A stretch of 64,000 nucleotides of DNA from a virus (lineage: Duplodnaviria > Caudoviricetes). The stretch is taken from IMG/VR virus record IMGVR_UViG_3300032030_004230. One strand, written 5' to 3'. The position numbers and the translations under genes were made by a program. Positions 28,016-37,551 of this stretch are shown here, piece after piece (position 1 is the first letter of the stretch; every line of letters begins with the position of its first letter). Under the pieces are notes generated by a model, which had not been told where the DNA came from, did not search any database, and was given only the letters and a program-made list of their open reading frames with translations.

Positions 28016-28204
28016 TTAGTATCTCTCTACTTTCACAAAATGTACAGATGGATGCACGCCGTCTTTTGATGTTTTTCTAAGAACATGCATAAGAGCTTCA
28101 TGAGAGCTATTTGCATTAAGAATTTGCACAATATGAGTGCTTACACCATCAATATCAATATTGTATGATACTTTGAATCGTTTTGTCATTTTTACATGCT
28201 CCAT
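28016..28204 (-). CDS. Hypothetical protein
   Basis: Short packed ORF. Confidence 0.55.
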   Translation of the reverse strand: MEHVKMTKRFKVSYNIDIDGVSTHIVQILNANSSHEALMHVLRKTSKDGVHPSVHFVKVERY

Positions 28205-28524
28205 GTTGAGAATTTGTTTTCTGTATCGTATTTGTCAAAAACGTAAAGGTCTATCTTAAGGTCTTTGATTCCACAAGAGCTTACAGCTTCTTTTATCATA
28301 TCAATAGCAGGAGATACAGGAACGTCTTCAGTCTCCCATTCAATTTGAATTACATTTGACTGGCTAGGCCTTACACAGTACCCTTTGTCTCGGATAGACC
28401 AGTTACAGTCTTTGCCGTACTTCTCAAGCAAATCTCCTGCATCTTTTGGACGATCATCACTCCATTCATTAAATGAGCATCGCTCTCTTAAAACTTTGTG
28501 AATGGCTTCTATCGCATTTCCCAT
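28192..28524 (-). CDS. Hypothetical protein
   Basis: AAGGAG RBS, 110 aa. Confidence 0.7.
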   Translation of the reverse strand: MGNAIEAIHKVLRERCSFNEWSDDRPKDAGDLLEKYGKDCNWSIRDKGYCVRPSQSNVIQIEWETEDVPVSPAIDMIKEAVSSCGIKDLKIDLYVFDKYDTENKFSTWSM

Positions 28525-28535
28525 AGTGTCTCCTT

Positions 28536-28772
28536 TTAGAATATCTGAATTTCGTGAGAATCTTCTAAAGCAAGAACTTCATTTCTTACATTGTAAGATG
28601 AACCGTCTTGAGTGTCTGCAGTCAAAATGAAGTCACCGTATCCGTCTTCAATCAAGTCATCAAGAAAATCTCTAAACTCAATCAAATTCATTCGTTCTTT
28701 TGAATCAAAATCAGAGACTATAAAAGTCTTTTCGTTAAGAATAAAATTTGCTTTTCTACGATTTAGCGCCAT
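28536..28772 (-). CDS. Hypothetical protein
   Basis: GAGGA RBS before MALNRRK. Confidence 0.65.
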   Translation of the reverse strand: MALNRRKANFILNEKTFIVSDFDSKERMNLIEFRDFLDDLIEDGYGDFILTADTQDGSSYNVRNEVLALEDSHEIQIF

Positions 28773-28886
28773 GATGAATCCTCTAAAGTAAAAGACGATA
28801 ATAATATAATAGAGAAAGATCATTAATTCTTTAAATTAATTAATAATTAATAGCAAGACCAACCAATTTTTTTTTGGCGCGTAGCG

Positions 28887-28908
28887 CCATTAATAGTTGA
28901 CGAATTCG
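28887..28908 (+). repeat. Dispersed intergenic repeat, copy 3
   Basis: Exact 22-mer, followed by TGTTACCTATGGTTAACA. Confidence 0.9.
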
Positions 28909-28960
28909 TAACCTGTAGTTAACATTTGTTACCTATGGTTAACAAAAACTAATTTCACAA

Positions 28961-29719
28961 ATGATTCAAATATTCTCAGTTTCAGTTCTAGACAATGGAT
29001 TTTTTGATTTTGAGAAAAATGAGCCCACAGGTGAATTAGAGAAATTTTGCTTCAATTCATGGAAGTCTTTAATAAAAGCTTATCCAAAGTATTTCAATCA
29101 AGAAATAAAAGTATTTGGTCCATGTGACAAAGAATATGAATACATGAAGAAATTTAAGAGCATTTTTAGCACTACTAGAACTGAAGTGCTTGCAGACATT
29201 TATAGATTTTATCTACTGTCATTGTATGATGATATGCTTTATCTTGATTTTGACATTTTAGTGACAAATCCTGAAAAAGCATTGCAAAGCATTCTCAAGA
29301 ATAATATTCTTTTCTATAGAAAAGGTGAAATAAGCATCTTGCAAAGAAAGACTGGATCTAGCAATGTGTTCTTTTCAGAAGTCTTAAAGCATTACGAAGA
29401 CTCTCTTTCAAGCAATCGAGATATTGAAGCTGACTGCGAGACATTATCAAAAGTACATGGCAACTATATAGATGATTGCAACTTCGAGACTTGTGCTAAT
29501 TTAGGATTTTTTCATTTGTCTCTATTCCAGAGTGAGAAAGAAAAATTCATAAAATGCATAAATAAAAAGAAGATTTTCCTTTCTATCTCTAGATCAAGAG
29601 TGAAACAATCTACTTTGTCACTTGATTTTTTGTCTTTAGTGAATGCTACTTACAGCTCGTTAGAGAACTTTTTGGAGCAAACAAATATACAAAACATTAA
29701 AATTATAGAGAGCAGTTAA
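28961..29719 (+). CDS. DXD glycosyltransferase-like protein (GT32/OCH1-like)
   Basis: CFNSWK..ADIYRFYLL....LYLDFDI matches the D-x-x-R..YxDxD pattern. Confidence 0.6.
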   Translation: MIQIFSVSVLDNGFFDFEKNEPTGELEKFCFNSWKSLIKAYPKYFNQEIKVFGPCDKEYEYMKKFKSIFSTTRTEVLADIYRFYLLSLYDDMLYLDFDILVTNPEKALQSILKNNILFYRKGEISILQRKTGSSNVFFSEVLKHYEDSLSSNRDIEADCETLSKVHGNYIDDCNFETCANLGFFHLSLFQSEKEKFIKCINKKKIFLSISRSRVKQSTLSLDFLSLVNATYSSLENFLEQTNIQNIKIIESS

Positions 29720-29729
29720 TATTCATTTT

Positions 29730-30692
29730 ATGGAACCAATTTTTGTAGTTACTTATAAGAATCGATCAGGAAACATCATTCAGAAACTTCTGGATAAGAC
29801 TTATGAAGTAGATCCCAATCGTAAAGTTTTCTTTGTTTGCTATGATTTTGACTTTACAGAGTCTGGATATGACAAATACAATCTTCCTGATAATATGACT
29901 TTTCTCAAGATTGACTTTCAGAAAGACTTTGTTGAAAAGGGCTATGAACGATGTATTCAAGCAAAGAGACATTGGCTTGTAGAAAAAGCTCAATCTATGG
30001 GCTATCATTATTGCTGGATGCTTGATGACGATTTACTTTCTATCTGGAAAATTGCATCTTATAAAGATCAGACACCAGGTGCTAAATGTAATGTAAAAGC
30101 TCAATGTTCTTTTGAGGAAGCTCTTCAGTATATGGAAAAAGAGATGATTGGGAAGAAATTCTCAGTTGCATGCTTCCCTTATAACAAGGGCTCAATGGAC
30201 TTCACTTGGTCTAGCAAAGCATATCTCAAAGAAGATGTGTTTCCGATTGACGGTGTATTCTTGAACATTGACGCTTTCAAAGAAACAGGCTTGAATTACA
30301 CACCACTGAGAAATCATGCAGAAGACTTGATGATTACAGCTGATTCAGTTCGTAAGGGCTTGCATACTTATGCACTTGTCGGATCGTATTGTTTTCATTT
30401 TGACCCGCCTGGAAAATCTGGCTCGATTACAAATAACTATAAAGTGCTTTCTTACAATGTCTGGAAAGAGTATGGTCGTCTTTTTAGATACATTGACAAA
30501 GAGAGCAAAGCTGGAAAAGACAAAGTTCACTATATCAATGTTCAGCTTGACAGGAAGCGTCTTGCAGAGAACACTTTCAGAATTGAAGACGAAGCTCAAA
30601 TTGAGATGGAGAAAGCAAAAGATGCAGATGAGTGGACTCAGATTGTTAGTGACTTAACTAAAAAGCTTGAACTTAAAAAGAAGGGCTTGTAA
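29730..30692 (+). CDS. GT-A glycosyltransferase, resembling phage DNA glycosyltransferases (TET-associated / T-even second-sugar type)
   Basis: IFVVTYKNR, KRHW, WMLDDD, AED motifs. Confidence 0.7.
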   Translation: MEPIFVVTYKNRSGNIIQKLLDKTYEVDPNRKVFFVCYDFDFTESGYDKYNLPDNMTFLKIDFQKDFVEKGYERCIQAKRHWLVEKAQSMGYHYCWMLDDDLLSIWKIASYKDQTPGAKCNVKAQCSFEEALQYMEKEMIGKKFSVACFPYNKGSMDFTWSSKAYLKEDVFPIDGVFLNIDAFKETGLNYTPLRNHAEDLMITADSVRKGLHTYALVGSYCFHFDPPGKSGSITNNYKVLSYNVWKEYGRLFRYIDKESKAGKDKVHYINVQLDRKRLAENTFRIEDEAQIEMEKAKDADEWTQIVSDLTKKLELKKKGL

Positions 30693-31257
30693 GTTGCTCT
30701 ACAATCTTGGGCAATAACTGCTTAAAGTTGTCTATTGCATAAGCAATATGCTTTGATATGTGTGGGCCTTTTGTGCCCACACTATGTATTTTCTCCCATT
30801 TGCCAGTTCCTTTTTCTCCAGTAAATTTGAACATGTTTGCTCTTATAGAGACTAAAGATTCCCAGCTTCCTTGATAGTAAAAAGACGGATCATCTTCAAA
30901 AACTTGCACATCATTTGTAAGCATTGCATGCCAGACTTCTTGCTCACTATAGTTTCTCAGTCTTACATTAAACCACTTGAACATTACAGTGTACCAGCCG
31001 TTTGGAGCTTCTGGTACATCATTTGATGCAATGTAGTTTACAAATTCTTTGTTTGTAGAAGATTTTACAAAAACTGCAATTTGTAGAGTCTTTCTTCTTT
31101 GATCATACTCAACTTCTGCAAGCTCTACTGGCGCACCAGACAAATCATTAAGATGCTTTTGAGTTACATCAGACACACAAAAGTTTCTTAAGTACTCAGT
31201 AGAGACTTCTTTTAGTGCTTCTAAAACTGCTTCATGGAGCATGATCAAATTATTCAT
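30673..31257 (-). CDS. Hypothetical phage protein, degenerate SWIM-like motif
   Basis: DVQVFEDDPSFYYQG...ISKHI resembles CxCxxFxY..CKH with Cys lost; N-terminal LHE/LKE motifs. Confidence 0.55.
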   Translation of the reverse strand: MNNLIMLHEAVLEALKEVSTEYLRNFCVSDVTQKHLNDLSGAPVELAEVEYDQRRKTLQIAVFVKSSTNKEFVNYIASNDVPEAPNGWYTVMFKWFNVRLRNYSEQEVWHAMLTNDVQVFEDDPSFYYQGSWESLVSIRANMFKFTGEKGTGKWEKIHSVGTKGPHISKHIAYAIDNFKQLLPKIVEQLTSPSF

Positions 31258-31259
31258 TC

Positions 31260-31721
31260 TTATTTCTTCCACCACAATACATAGTGAGGCTTTTCTTCAT
31301 CGTAGACTCTCCATCTGAGGTAGTCGTCTACTAAAATGCAGACTGCTGCCAAGAGGATCCAAGCAAAGAAGAACTGTGGACAAATTTGTCCCATAATGTT
31401 GCATGGAAGATGTGAGTAGTCCCAAATTACAGGTCTTTCAAGAAGAGGACAAAGCCATTTATTTACTAGAAGTCCCATAAGGAACTCAGCTACAAGAATT
31501 CCAAAACCGCCGATAATAGATTGTAACCAAACAGGTTGGGCCCAAGAGAGTTTCTTGTTTATCTGACCTACAAGAAGTAAAGCACATCCGCCAAGCAAGC
31601 CCATTGTGAAAGACTGAACCCCACCATAGCCTGGTCCGATAGTTTTCCATACACCTTCAATGCACTGATAGATTGTGAATCCTACACAAAAAATCAAAAA
31701 GTTTTTCAAAAAGTATCTCAT
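31260..31721 (-). CDS. Membrane protein (putative ABC-transporter type IV / CmpB-like family)
   Basis: Four hydrophobic segments; WDYSHLPCNIMGQIC signature. Confidence 0.75.
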   Translation of the reverse strand: MRYFLKNFLIFCVGFTIYQCIEGVWKTIGPGYGGVQSFTMGLLGGCALLLVGQINKKLSWAQPVWLQSIIGGFGILVAEFLMGLLVNKWLCPLLERPVIWDYSHLPCNIMGQICPQFFFAWILLAAVCILVDDYLRWRVYDEEKPHYVLWWKK

Positions 31722-31761
31722 AAATCAATTAGTGGACTATGTTAGTTAATATTTTTACAGT

Positions 31762-31947
31762 ATGGCAGAGAATAAAGTTCTTGATGATTCATTTGTCGAT
31801 ATGATCATCGCTCTTCAGCAAAAAGGCTTGAGTGACGAAGATATTGTTTCAGAAGTAAAGAATGCATGCCCTTCTGTAAAGAAACAGCAAATCATTGATG
31901 TTCTCAATGACTTCACTGATGATGCATCATGGAGCATGCTAGAGTGA
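31762..31947 (+). CDS. Small hypothetical protein
   Basis: 61 aa directly below a GTTAAT motif. Confidence 0.6.
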   Translation: MAENKVLDDSFVDMIIALQQKGLSDEDIVSEVKNACPSVKKQQIIDVLNDFTDDASWSMLE

Positions 31948-33629
31948 CAATTTTAAGAGCTATTAGAAATACTGTTGAAAAACAGACAAAACAATGCAAG
32001 CTTGTCATTAGAGAAAATGAAGACTTAAGAACAGTAATGTCTTACTTTGACATCTCTTTCAATCAAGCTTGTGTTCTTTCATATATGATGTCCGACTTTC
32101 TAGAGAATGATCGATCTTTTCTTGATGCAATGGATATTGTTTCAGATATAGGTGCAAGCACTGTTGAGCTTGCTGAACTTATTCCTGATTTCGATGCTCT
32201 TCTTAAGAAAAGACTTCTTATTCCTCGTTTTAACGTAGACTACATTCCAGAATCATTTGATTTGACAACACAAGTCACAATAGACCAGTCTCTTATTCAA
32301 TGCGTTGCATACGGAAGACCGCTAAGCTCTTATGAGCCAAAAAGAGAGAATGTCACTCTTGATGCATATTATTTCCTCAACATAATGCAGACTTATAGCA
32401 TCGACACAGTTCTTTCAAGTTACAAGATTGAAAAACTGATGCAGCCATTCCTAAAAGACAAATGGATCTCTTATGTAATAAACAAATGCGTCGGCACAAA
32501 TAGTGATAAGCAATATCTTATGAAGTATGCAAATGGGCTAGACTTGAATGTTAGACTAGCTTTTGCATTTGGTGCAGCTCTTATTGTTGATGATAGAGTC
32601 TCAGTAAAAAATTTCTTTGTGACTGCAAATAAGCCTTATCTTGCTTCTCAGTATCTTAGAGAGTTTAAGAATGAGAAACATATACTTTTGACAAGCAAAA
32701 TCTTTGAGATTGAAAAAAACAATTTTGGAGATGACATATTCATCAGATGGGGCAAGATGAGTAAAGAACTGATCTTCAAAGGAAAAGAAGAGTTACTTGT
32801 CACAAAGGTTGATTCTAAAGAACTTGGCAAGATTACAGCTGATAAAATTCCAGAGAAGACTCTATTTTACAATGAGTCTAATCAAAAAGACATTGACCGC
32901 TTGACTGCTTTGATTGAAGAAAAGCAGTATCAAGGAATTCGTTCTCGACTTAAAGAAAAGCATCTTCCACTTGGCGTCACAGCTCTTTTCTATGGAGCAC
33001 CTGGCACAGGAAAAACTGAAACAGCTATGCAGCTTGCAAGAATGACTGGCAGAGATGTGTATCATCTTAACATTGAGCAAATTAAGTCTTGCTGGGTTGG
33101 TGAGTCTGAAAAGAACATCAAAAATGTTTTTGAAGCATACAAGCAGCATAGCGGAAAGTTGAAGCCAATTTTGCTTTTTAATGAAGCTGATGCGATTATC
33201 TCAAAAAGAACTGTAATTGAGGGTGATAACAATCCTGCTGTTTCTAAGATGGACAATGCAATTCAGAATATTGTCCTTGAAGAGCTTGAGAAGTTCGATG
33301 GAATCTTTATTGCAACTACAAATATGATAGACAATTTTGATTCTGCTTTTGATAGACGATTCTTATTCAAATTAAAGTTTGATTCGCCATCTACATCTGT
33401 AAAAAGCAAAATTTGGAAGTCTAAAATTTCTTGGCTAAACGATGAAGATGCTTATACTTTATCCTCTAAGTTTGATTTGTCTGGTGGTCAAATAGAAAAC
33501 ATCTATAGAAAGTCGGAAATAGACTACATTCTCTATGGAAGAAATCCTACAATTGAGGAAATGATCTCATTCTGCGAAAAAGAGAGACTTGATGCATCTG
33601 GGAGAGCTAAGCCAATAGGCTTTTGCTAA
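31929..33629 (+). CDS. AAA+ ATPase
   Basis: GAPGTGKT, WVGESEKN, LLFNEAD, ATTN..DSAFDRR. Confidence 0.9.
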   Translation: MEHARVTILRAIRNTVEKQTKQCKLVIRENEDLRTVMSYFDISFNQACVLSYMMSDFLENDRSFLDAMDIVSDIGASTVELAELIPDFDALLKKRLLIPRFNVDYIPESFDLTTQVTIDQSLIQCVAYGRPLSSYEPKRENVTLDAYYFLNIMQTYSIDTVLSSYKIEKLMQPFLKDKWISYVINKCVGTNSDKQYLMKYANGLDLNVRLAFAFGAALIVDDRVSVKNFFVTANKPYLASQYLREFKNEKHILLTSKIFEIEKNNFGDDIFIRWGKMSKELIFKGKEELLVTKVDSKELGKITADKIPEKTLFYNESNQKDIDRLTALIEEKQYQGIRSRLKEKHLPLGVTALFYGAPGTGKTETAMQLARMTGRDVYHLNIEQIKSCWVGESEKNIKNVFEAYKQHSGKLKPILLFNEADAIISKRTVIEGDNNPAVSKMDNAIQNIVLEELEKFDGIFIATTNMIDNFDSAFDRRFLFKLKFDSPSTSVKSKIWKSKISWLNDEDAYTLSSKFDLSGGQIENIYRKSEIDYILYGRNPTIEEMISFCEKERLDASGRAKPIGFC

Positions 33630-33724
33630 TAAAGCATTAATCAAAATTATTCATACTAATTTTTTATCAATTTAATCTCCGTGTGTGCTAATCATATCGC
33701 ACAGGAATATGGGAGCAAAATAGT

Positions 33725-36109
33725 ATGAGTAAGTTACAGCATTTTCGTGAATGCTTGATAGTGCCAAACAATGTTCAGTACTATCAGAAGTTGGATCACG
33801 TTCCTGAGAATCTTAAGGAATGTGTAGAGAACACAAGAAAACGACTTCGTGAATCTGCAGATGCTTCAGCCGGATCAGTGCTTAAAGCAGCAATACACCT
33901 CAAGGAAAGTCTAAGCAATCAGGAAGACATTGATCTTCTTGAGCAAATCATTTCAGAGCTTAGAAAGAATCAAACAGTAAAAAACGATCAGTCTTTGTGG
34001 AAATTCCCTGTCGCAAGAATCAATGACATCGACCACCCAAACGGAAATGGTAGAGTTTACGGACTTCCTCTTTGGAAAAATGTTGTTGAGAACCAGAGAC
34101 ATATTTGGCAGGGCGGTGTAGGTCTTGCAGACCACCCGAAAGATGATGACGATCCTGGTGAATTCAAAACATCTGCTATCATCTGGTATGATATGATGAT
34201 TGATGAAGCCAATAAACTTATTTGGGCAATTGGCTCATTTGTTGGTACCTACGGAAGACTTGCTCAAGAAATCATTGAGAAAGGCGGAAAAGTTGGATTC
34301 TCTACATCAGGTTTCGGTGAACTTGAATTTGACAAAAAGACTGTAAATCCTGACACATTCCAAATTGAACGAGTTGCAGATATCGTAACAAATCCTTCAC
34401 AGTCAGTTTATGGAAACTATCTTGAGTCACCTCATGAGAAGATTGACTTGAATGTTGAGTACTCAAAACAGAAAAAAGAACCTGAATCAGAAACAGCTAC
34501 TGAAGATCAGTCACTTTTTGAAGAAAGTGCTAAATCTAAGTCGGCTATTGTTGATGCTGTAAAGCTCAATGAGTCTAAGAAAACTAACGAACTCCTTGAG
34601 AAAATGGCAAAATTGACTGAGTCTGTTATTGAGCAAAATAAGAAACTTACTGAATCAAATTCGGAGAAATCTATGGAAGAGAATACAAATACAGAGCCAA
34701 TGAAAGAGACAAAACACGCTCTTTCTGCAGTAGAAAAGGCTATTATTTCTAAATATGTAGAGAATATGACTTCTGAAGCAGAGAAAATCAAGAAGCCAGC
34801 AGATCGTCTTAGAGAAGTAAATAAGCTCCTCAAAATGGTTGAAGAGCAGGGCGATGAAGAACTCAAAGCAAAAGTTCAGGAAGCACTTGTAGCTGCTAAA
34901 GAGAACCTTGAGAAACTTGCAGAACAAGCAGCAGACATTTCTGAAGAATTCGGAGACCTCTCAAATCTCAAAGAAAATGTAAAAGACATTGCTAAGCAGG
35001 GAATGCTCCTTAATGAGCAGGTAAGTGATTACAAGCTTCTTGCTGAAGGCCTCACTGAATCAAATAAAGCTCTTATCAAAGAGAATGAAGTTCTTAAGCT
35101 TAAGCTCAAGCTTAAAGAAAAAGCTGAGACAAGAGCAAGCAATTCTGAGGCTGATGCAATTGTTCTTAATGAGAAGAAATTTGAGCAGTATAAAGACAAG
35201 ATTCTAAAACTTGCTGAAGACAATGAAGCTCTTACAAATGAGTGCAAAGCTCTTAAAGAGCAGGTTGAAGACCTTGGAAGATCTAACAGAAAACTCACAG
35301 ACAAGATCGAAACTTCTAGATCAAAGCTTAATGAGCATTTTGAAAACAGCTCAGCAGAACTTGAGACATTGAATGAAACAATTGAAAATCTTAAGAAAGA
35401 CAATGAAGCTCTTAAAGAAAGCAATGCAGCTCTTGAAGCTGATAACAAAGCTCTTAAAGAGTCTACTGCAAAAGTAACTGCTGAAGGCGAGTCAAACATG
35501 ACTGAATTCAAGGAATCTCTTGATGTTACTCTTGAGGAACTCAACAAAATGAGAGAATCTTTGAAGATTGCTAATGAAGCAAAAGCTGCTGCTGAAGCAA
35601 AACTCCAGGAAGCAGAGAACAGAGTAAAAGTTCTTGCATCTAGCAACAATCGTCTTATTAAGTCTAACAAAATGCTTAGAGAGCAGACAGAGTCAATGAA
35701 GAATGAGTTTACAGCTTACAAAGAAGATCTTAAGATTGAGAATCATCTTGTAAAGCCTTTTGAGTCTCAGGTATCATCACAACTCAACTTCCGTGAAAAC
35801 AAGGGAATTGAAGTAGAGAACTACTGGCAGAGCCTCCGTGAAACATACGGTGATGCAGTTCTTCCTTATGAAAGACAGATTAGATACGCTAAGACATATC
35901 GTGAAGCATTCGGAAACTTCTTGAAGTACAAAGAATCAATCGACTCTTCATTTGGCGACTACAGCATTGCAAAAGTAAATGAGAATGTAAAGGGCTCAGC
36001 AAGACGTGAAGCTCTTAAAGAGTCTGGAATGAATCTTTCTACAAAAATGAGCGTAGATGAAATTAACGCTATTGAGTATGAAAGAATGAAAGCAAAAGGC
36101 TTCAACTAA
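33725..36109 (+). CDS. Prohead protease fused to a coiled-coil scaffold
   Basis: T4 gp21-like NGNGRVY, DHP, GFSTSGFG, DIVTNPS followed by ~500 aa of coiled coil rich in LxE(S) motifs. Confidence 0.8.
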   Translation: MSKLQHFRECLIVPNNVQYYQKLDHVPENLKECVENTRKRLRESADASAGSVLKAAIHLKESLSNQEDIDLLEQIISELRKNQTVKNDQSLWKFPVARINDIDHPNGNGRVYGLPLWKNVVENQRHIWQGGVGLADHPKDDDDPGEFKTSAIIWYDMMIDEANKLIWAIGSFVGTYGRLAQEIIEKGGKVGFSTSGFGELEFDKKTVNPDTFQIERVADIVTNPSQSVYGNYLESPHEKIDLNVEYSKQKKEPESETATEDQSLFEESAKSKSAIVDAVKLNESKKTNELLEKMAKLTESVIEQNKKLTESNSEKSMEENTNTEPMKETKHALSAVEKAIISKYVENMTSEAEKIKKPADRLREVNKLLKMVEEQGDEELKAKVQEALVAAKENLEKLAEQAADISEEFGDLSNLKENVKDIAKQGMLLNEQVSDYKLLAEGLTESNKALIKENEVLKLKLKLKEKAETRASNSEADAIVLNEKKFEQYKDKILKLAEDNEALTNECKALKEQVEDLGRSNRKLTDKIETSRSKLNEHFENSSAELETLNETIENLKKDNEALKESNAALEADNKALKESTAKVTAEGESNMTEFKESLDVTLEELNKMRESLKIANEAKAAAEAKLQEAENRVKVLASSNNRLIKSNKMLREQTESMKNEFTAYKEDLKIENHLVKPFESQVSSQLNFRENKGIEVENYWQSLRETYGDAVLPYERQIRYAKTYREAFGNFLKYKESIDSSFGDYSIAKVNENVKGSARREALKESGMNLSTKMSVDEINAIEYERMKAKGFN

Positions 36110-36117
36110 AACAATTT

Positions 36118-36147
36118 CTCGCAGGACTTAGTTCCTGCGAGCTTTTT
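36118..36147 (+). terminator. Intrinsic terminator
   Basis: CTCGCAGGA/TCCTGCGAG stem plus T-run. Confidence 0.7.
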
Positions 36148-36160
36148 ATGGAGATTTTAG

Positions 36161-37495
36161 ATGCAGGAAAATGCAATAAAAGAAGCTAAAGAGCTTGCTG
36201 ACTTGATGTCTCTTAAGGAAGTTAATCCTCTTGCTACTGTTACTGGTGCTATTGCAGGTGCAGCTGCAGGCCTTGCTGGTAGAGCTAAGCAAGCTATTTC
36301 AAATGGAGTGTCTTCAAGTCTTGCAAAAACAGCAAATGCTTTCAATAAAGCAAAAGATGCAGTTGGTGCAGACAAATCGAATAGTTTGTCACAGCTTACC
36401 GTAAATGAAAATGCTCTTGTAATTGCAATCGAAAAGGCTACAAAAAAGTCAAACAACAAAGGTGAAAACACTAATGCTAATGAGGGACAGACTTCTGAAG
36501 CAACAGCAGATGAGGGAGACCTTTCTTTTGACGGTGGTGAAGCTCTTAAAGAGTCTATGGCTCTTAGAGAGGCAGACCACAGAAAAGCAATTGCAATCAT
36601 ACAAAAACTTGAGCAATCAGAGAAAGCTATTACAGTAGAAGATGTAGTAAATGCTATTAAAGCAGCAGACAGCAATGTAGACATCTCTAAAATCAGCAAA
36701 TCAACTGTTGAGAATGCTGTAAAAGACATAAACAAGAAAATTGAGAAGAGAACTAAGACTGCTCAAACTCAAGCAACAAACCAAGCAACAGCAGATGACA
36801 AAGCTCAAATGCAGAAAGTTCTTGGATCTTATGCAAATGATCCTTCTTGGCAAGCAATCTATCCAGCTATTAAGAGTCTTTGTGGCCTTAAAGAAATGCT
36901 TGAAATGAGTACTATCCTAAGAGAAGCTTACTCAAGAATGTTTGAAGCTACTGCAAACTGGAAACAATGGGTTCAAGCAGGAAAGCCGATTGATGATATG
37001 CCTGATCAGCTTGTAAGTCAGATGTTCTCAGAACTTAGAGACTGTGATGCACTTGAAGGCAAGCAGGGACAGATGGCACTTAGCAACTGCTTTAAGTCTG
37101 TAATGTCTGGCAATAATGCAAAGCCAGCAGGTGAAAGCACTCAAGCAGCCAGTGCAGCACAACAGCCGACTGGTCAAGCTCAAAGCAATCAGCAAAGTCA
37201 AGCACAGCCACAGTCTCAGTCTCAGCCACAGAAAATTGTAAATCTTTCTGGTGAAGAAGTCGCTGCAGATATGTCTGTTTTCACACCAAAGCATGCTCAG
37301 CAAATTTCTCAGCTCTTGGCTAATTTGTCTCAGTATTTGTCAGACAAAGAAAAAGATGCATTTATCAAGATACTTACATCTAAGGCTGATAATAACGCTA
37401 ATGCTAATGCTAATCCTGAGCAAGCAGAACAACCCGCCTCTAGTGAGGCATCAAGTAATCGTGCTGGCGCTACGCTAGACGATCTTACAAGTTGA
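36161..37495 (+). CDS. Ala/Gln-rich hypothetical protein, possible internal head protein
   Basis: Follows the protease gene; IKEA, LKEV, LKES, LREA motifs resemble processing sites. Confidence 0.55.
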   Translation: MQENAIKEAKELADLMSLKEVNPLATVTGAIAGAAAGLAGRAKQAISNGVSSSLAKTANAFNKAKDAVGADKSNSLSQLTVNENALVIAIEKATKKSNNKGENTNANEGQTSEATADEGDLSFDGGEALKESMALREADHRKAIAIIQKLEQSEKAITVEDVVNAIKAADSNVDISKISKSTVENAVKDINKKIEKRTKTAQTQATNQATADDKAQMQKVLGSYANDPSWQAIYPAIKSLCGLKEMLEMSTILREAYSRMFEATANWKQWVQAGKPIDDMPDQLVSQMFSELRDCDALEGKQGQMALSNCFKSVMSGNNAKPAGESTQAASAAQQPTGQAQSNQQSQAQPQSQSQPQKIVNLSGEEVAADMSVFTPKHAQQISQLLANLSQYLSDKEKDAFIKILTSKADNNANANANPEQAEQPASSEASSNRAGATLDDLTS

Positions 37496-37522
37496 TTCTA
37501 GCTTAGCTCTCGAAATAGAAAA

Positions 37523-37542
37523 GGCCAGTCGAAAAACTGGCC
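37523..37542. terminator. Bidirectional terminator
   Basis: GGCCAGT/ACTGGCC stem with A-run before and T-run after, between convergent genes. Confidence 0.8.
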
Positions 37543-37551
37543 ATTTTTTTT

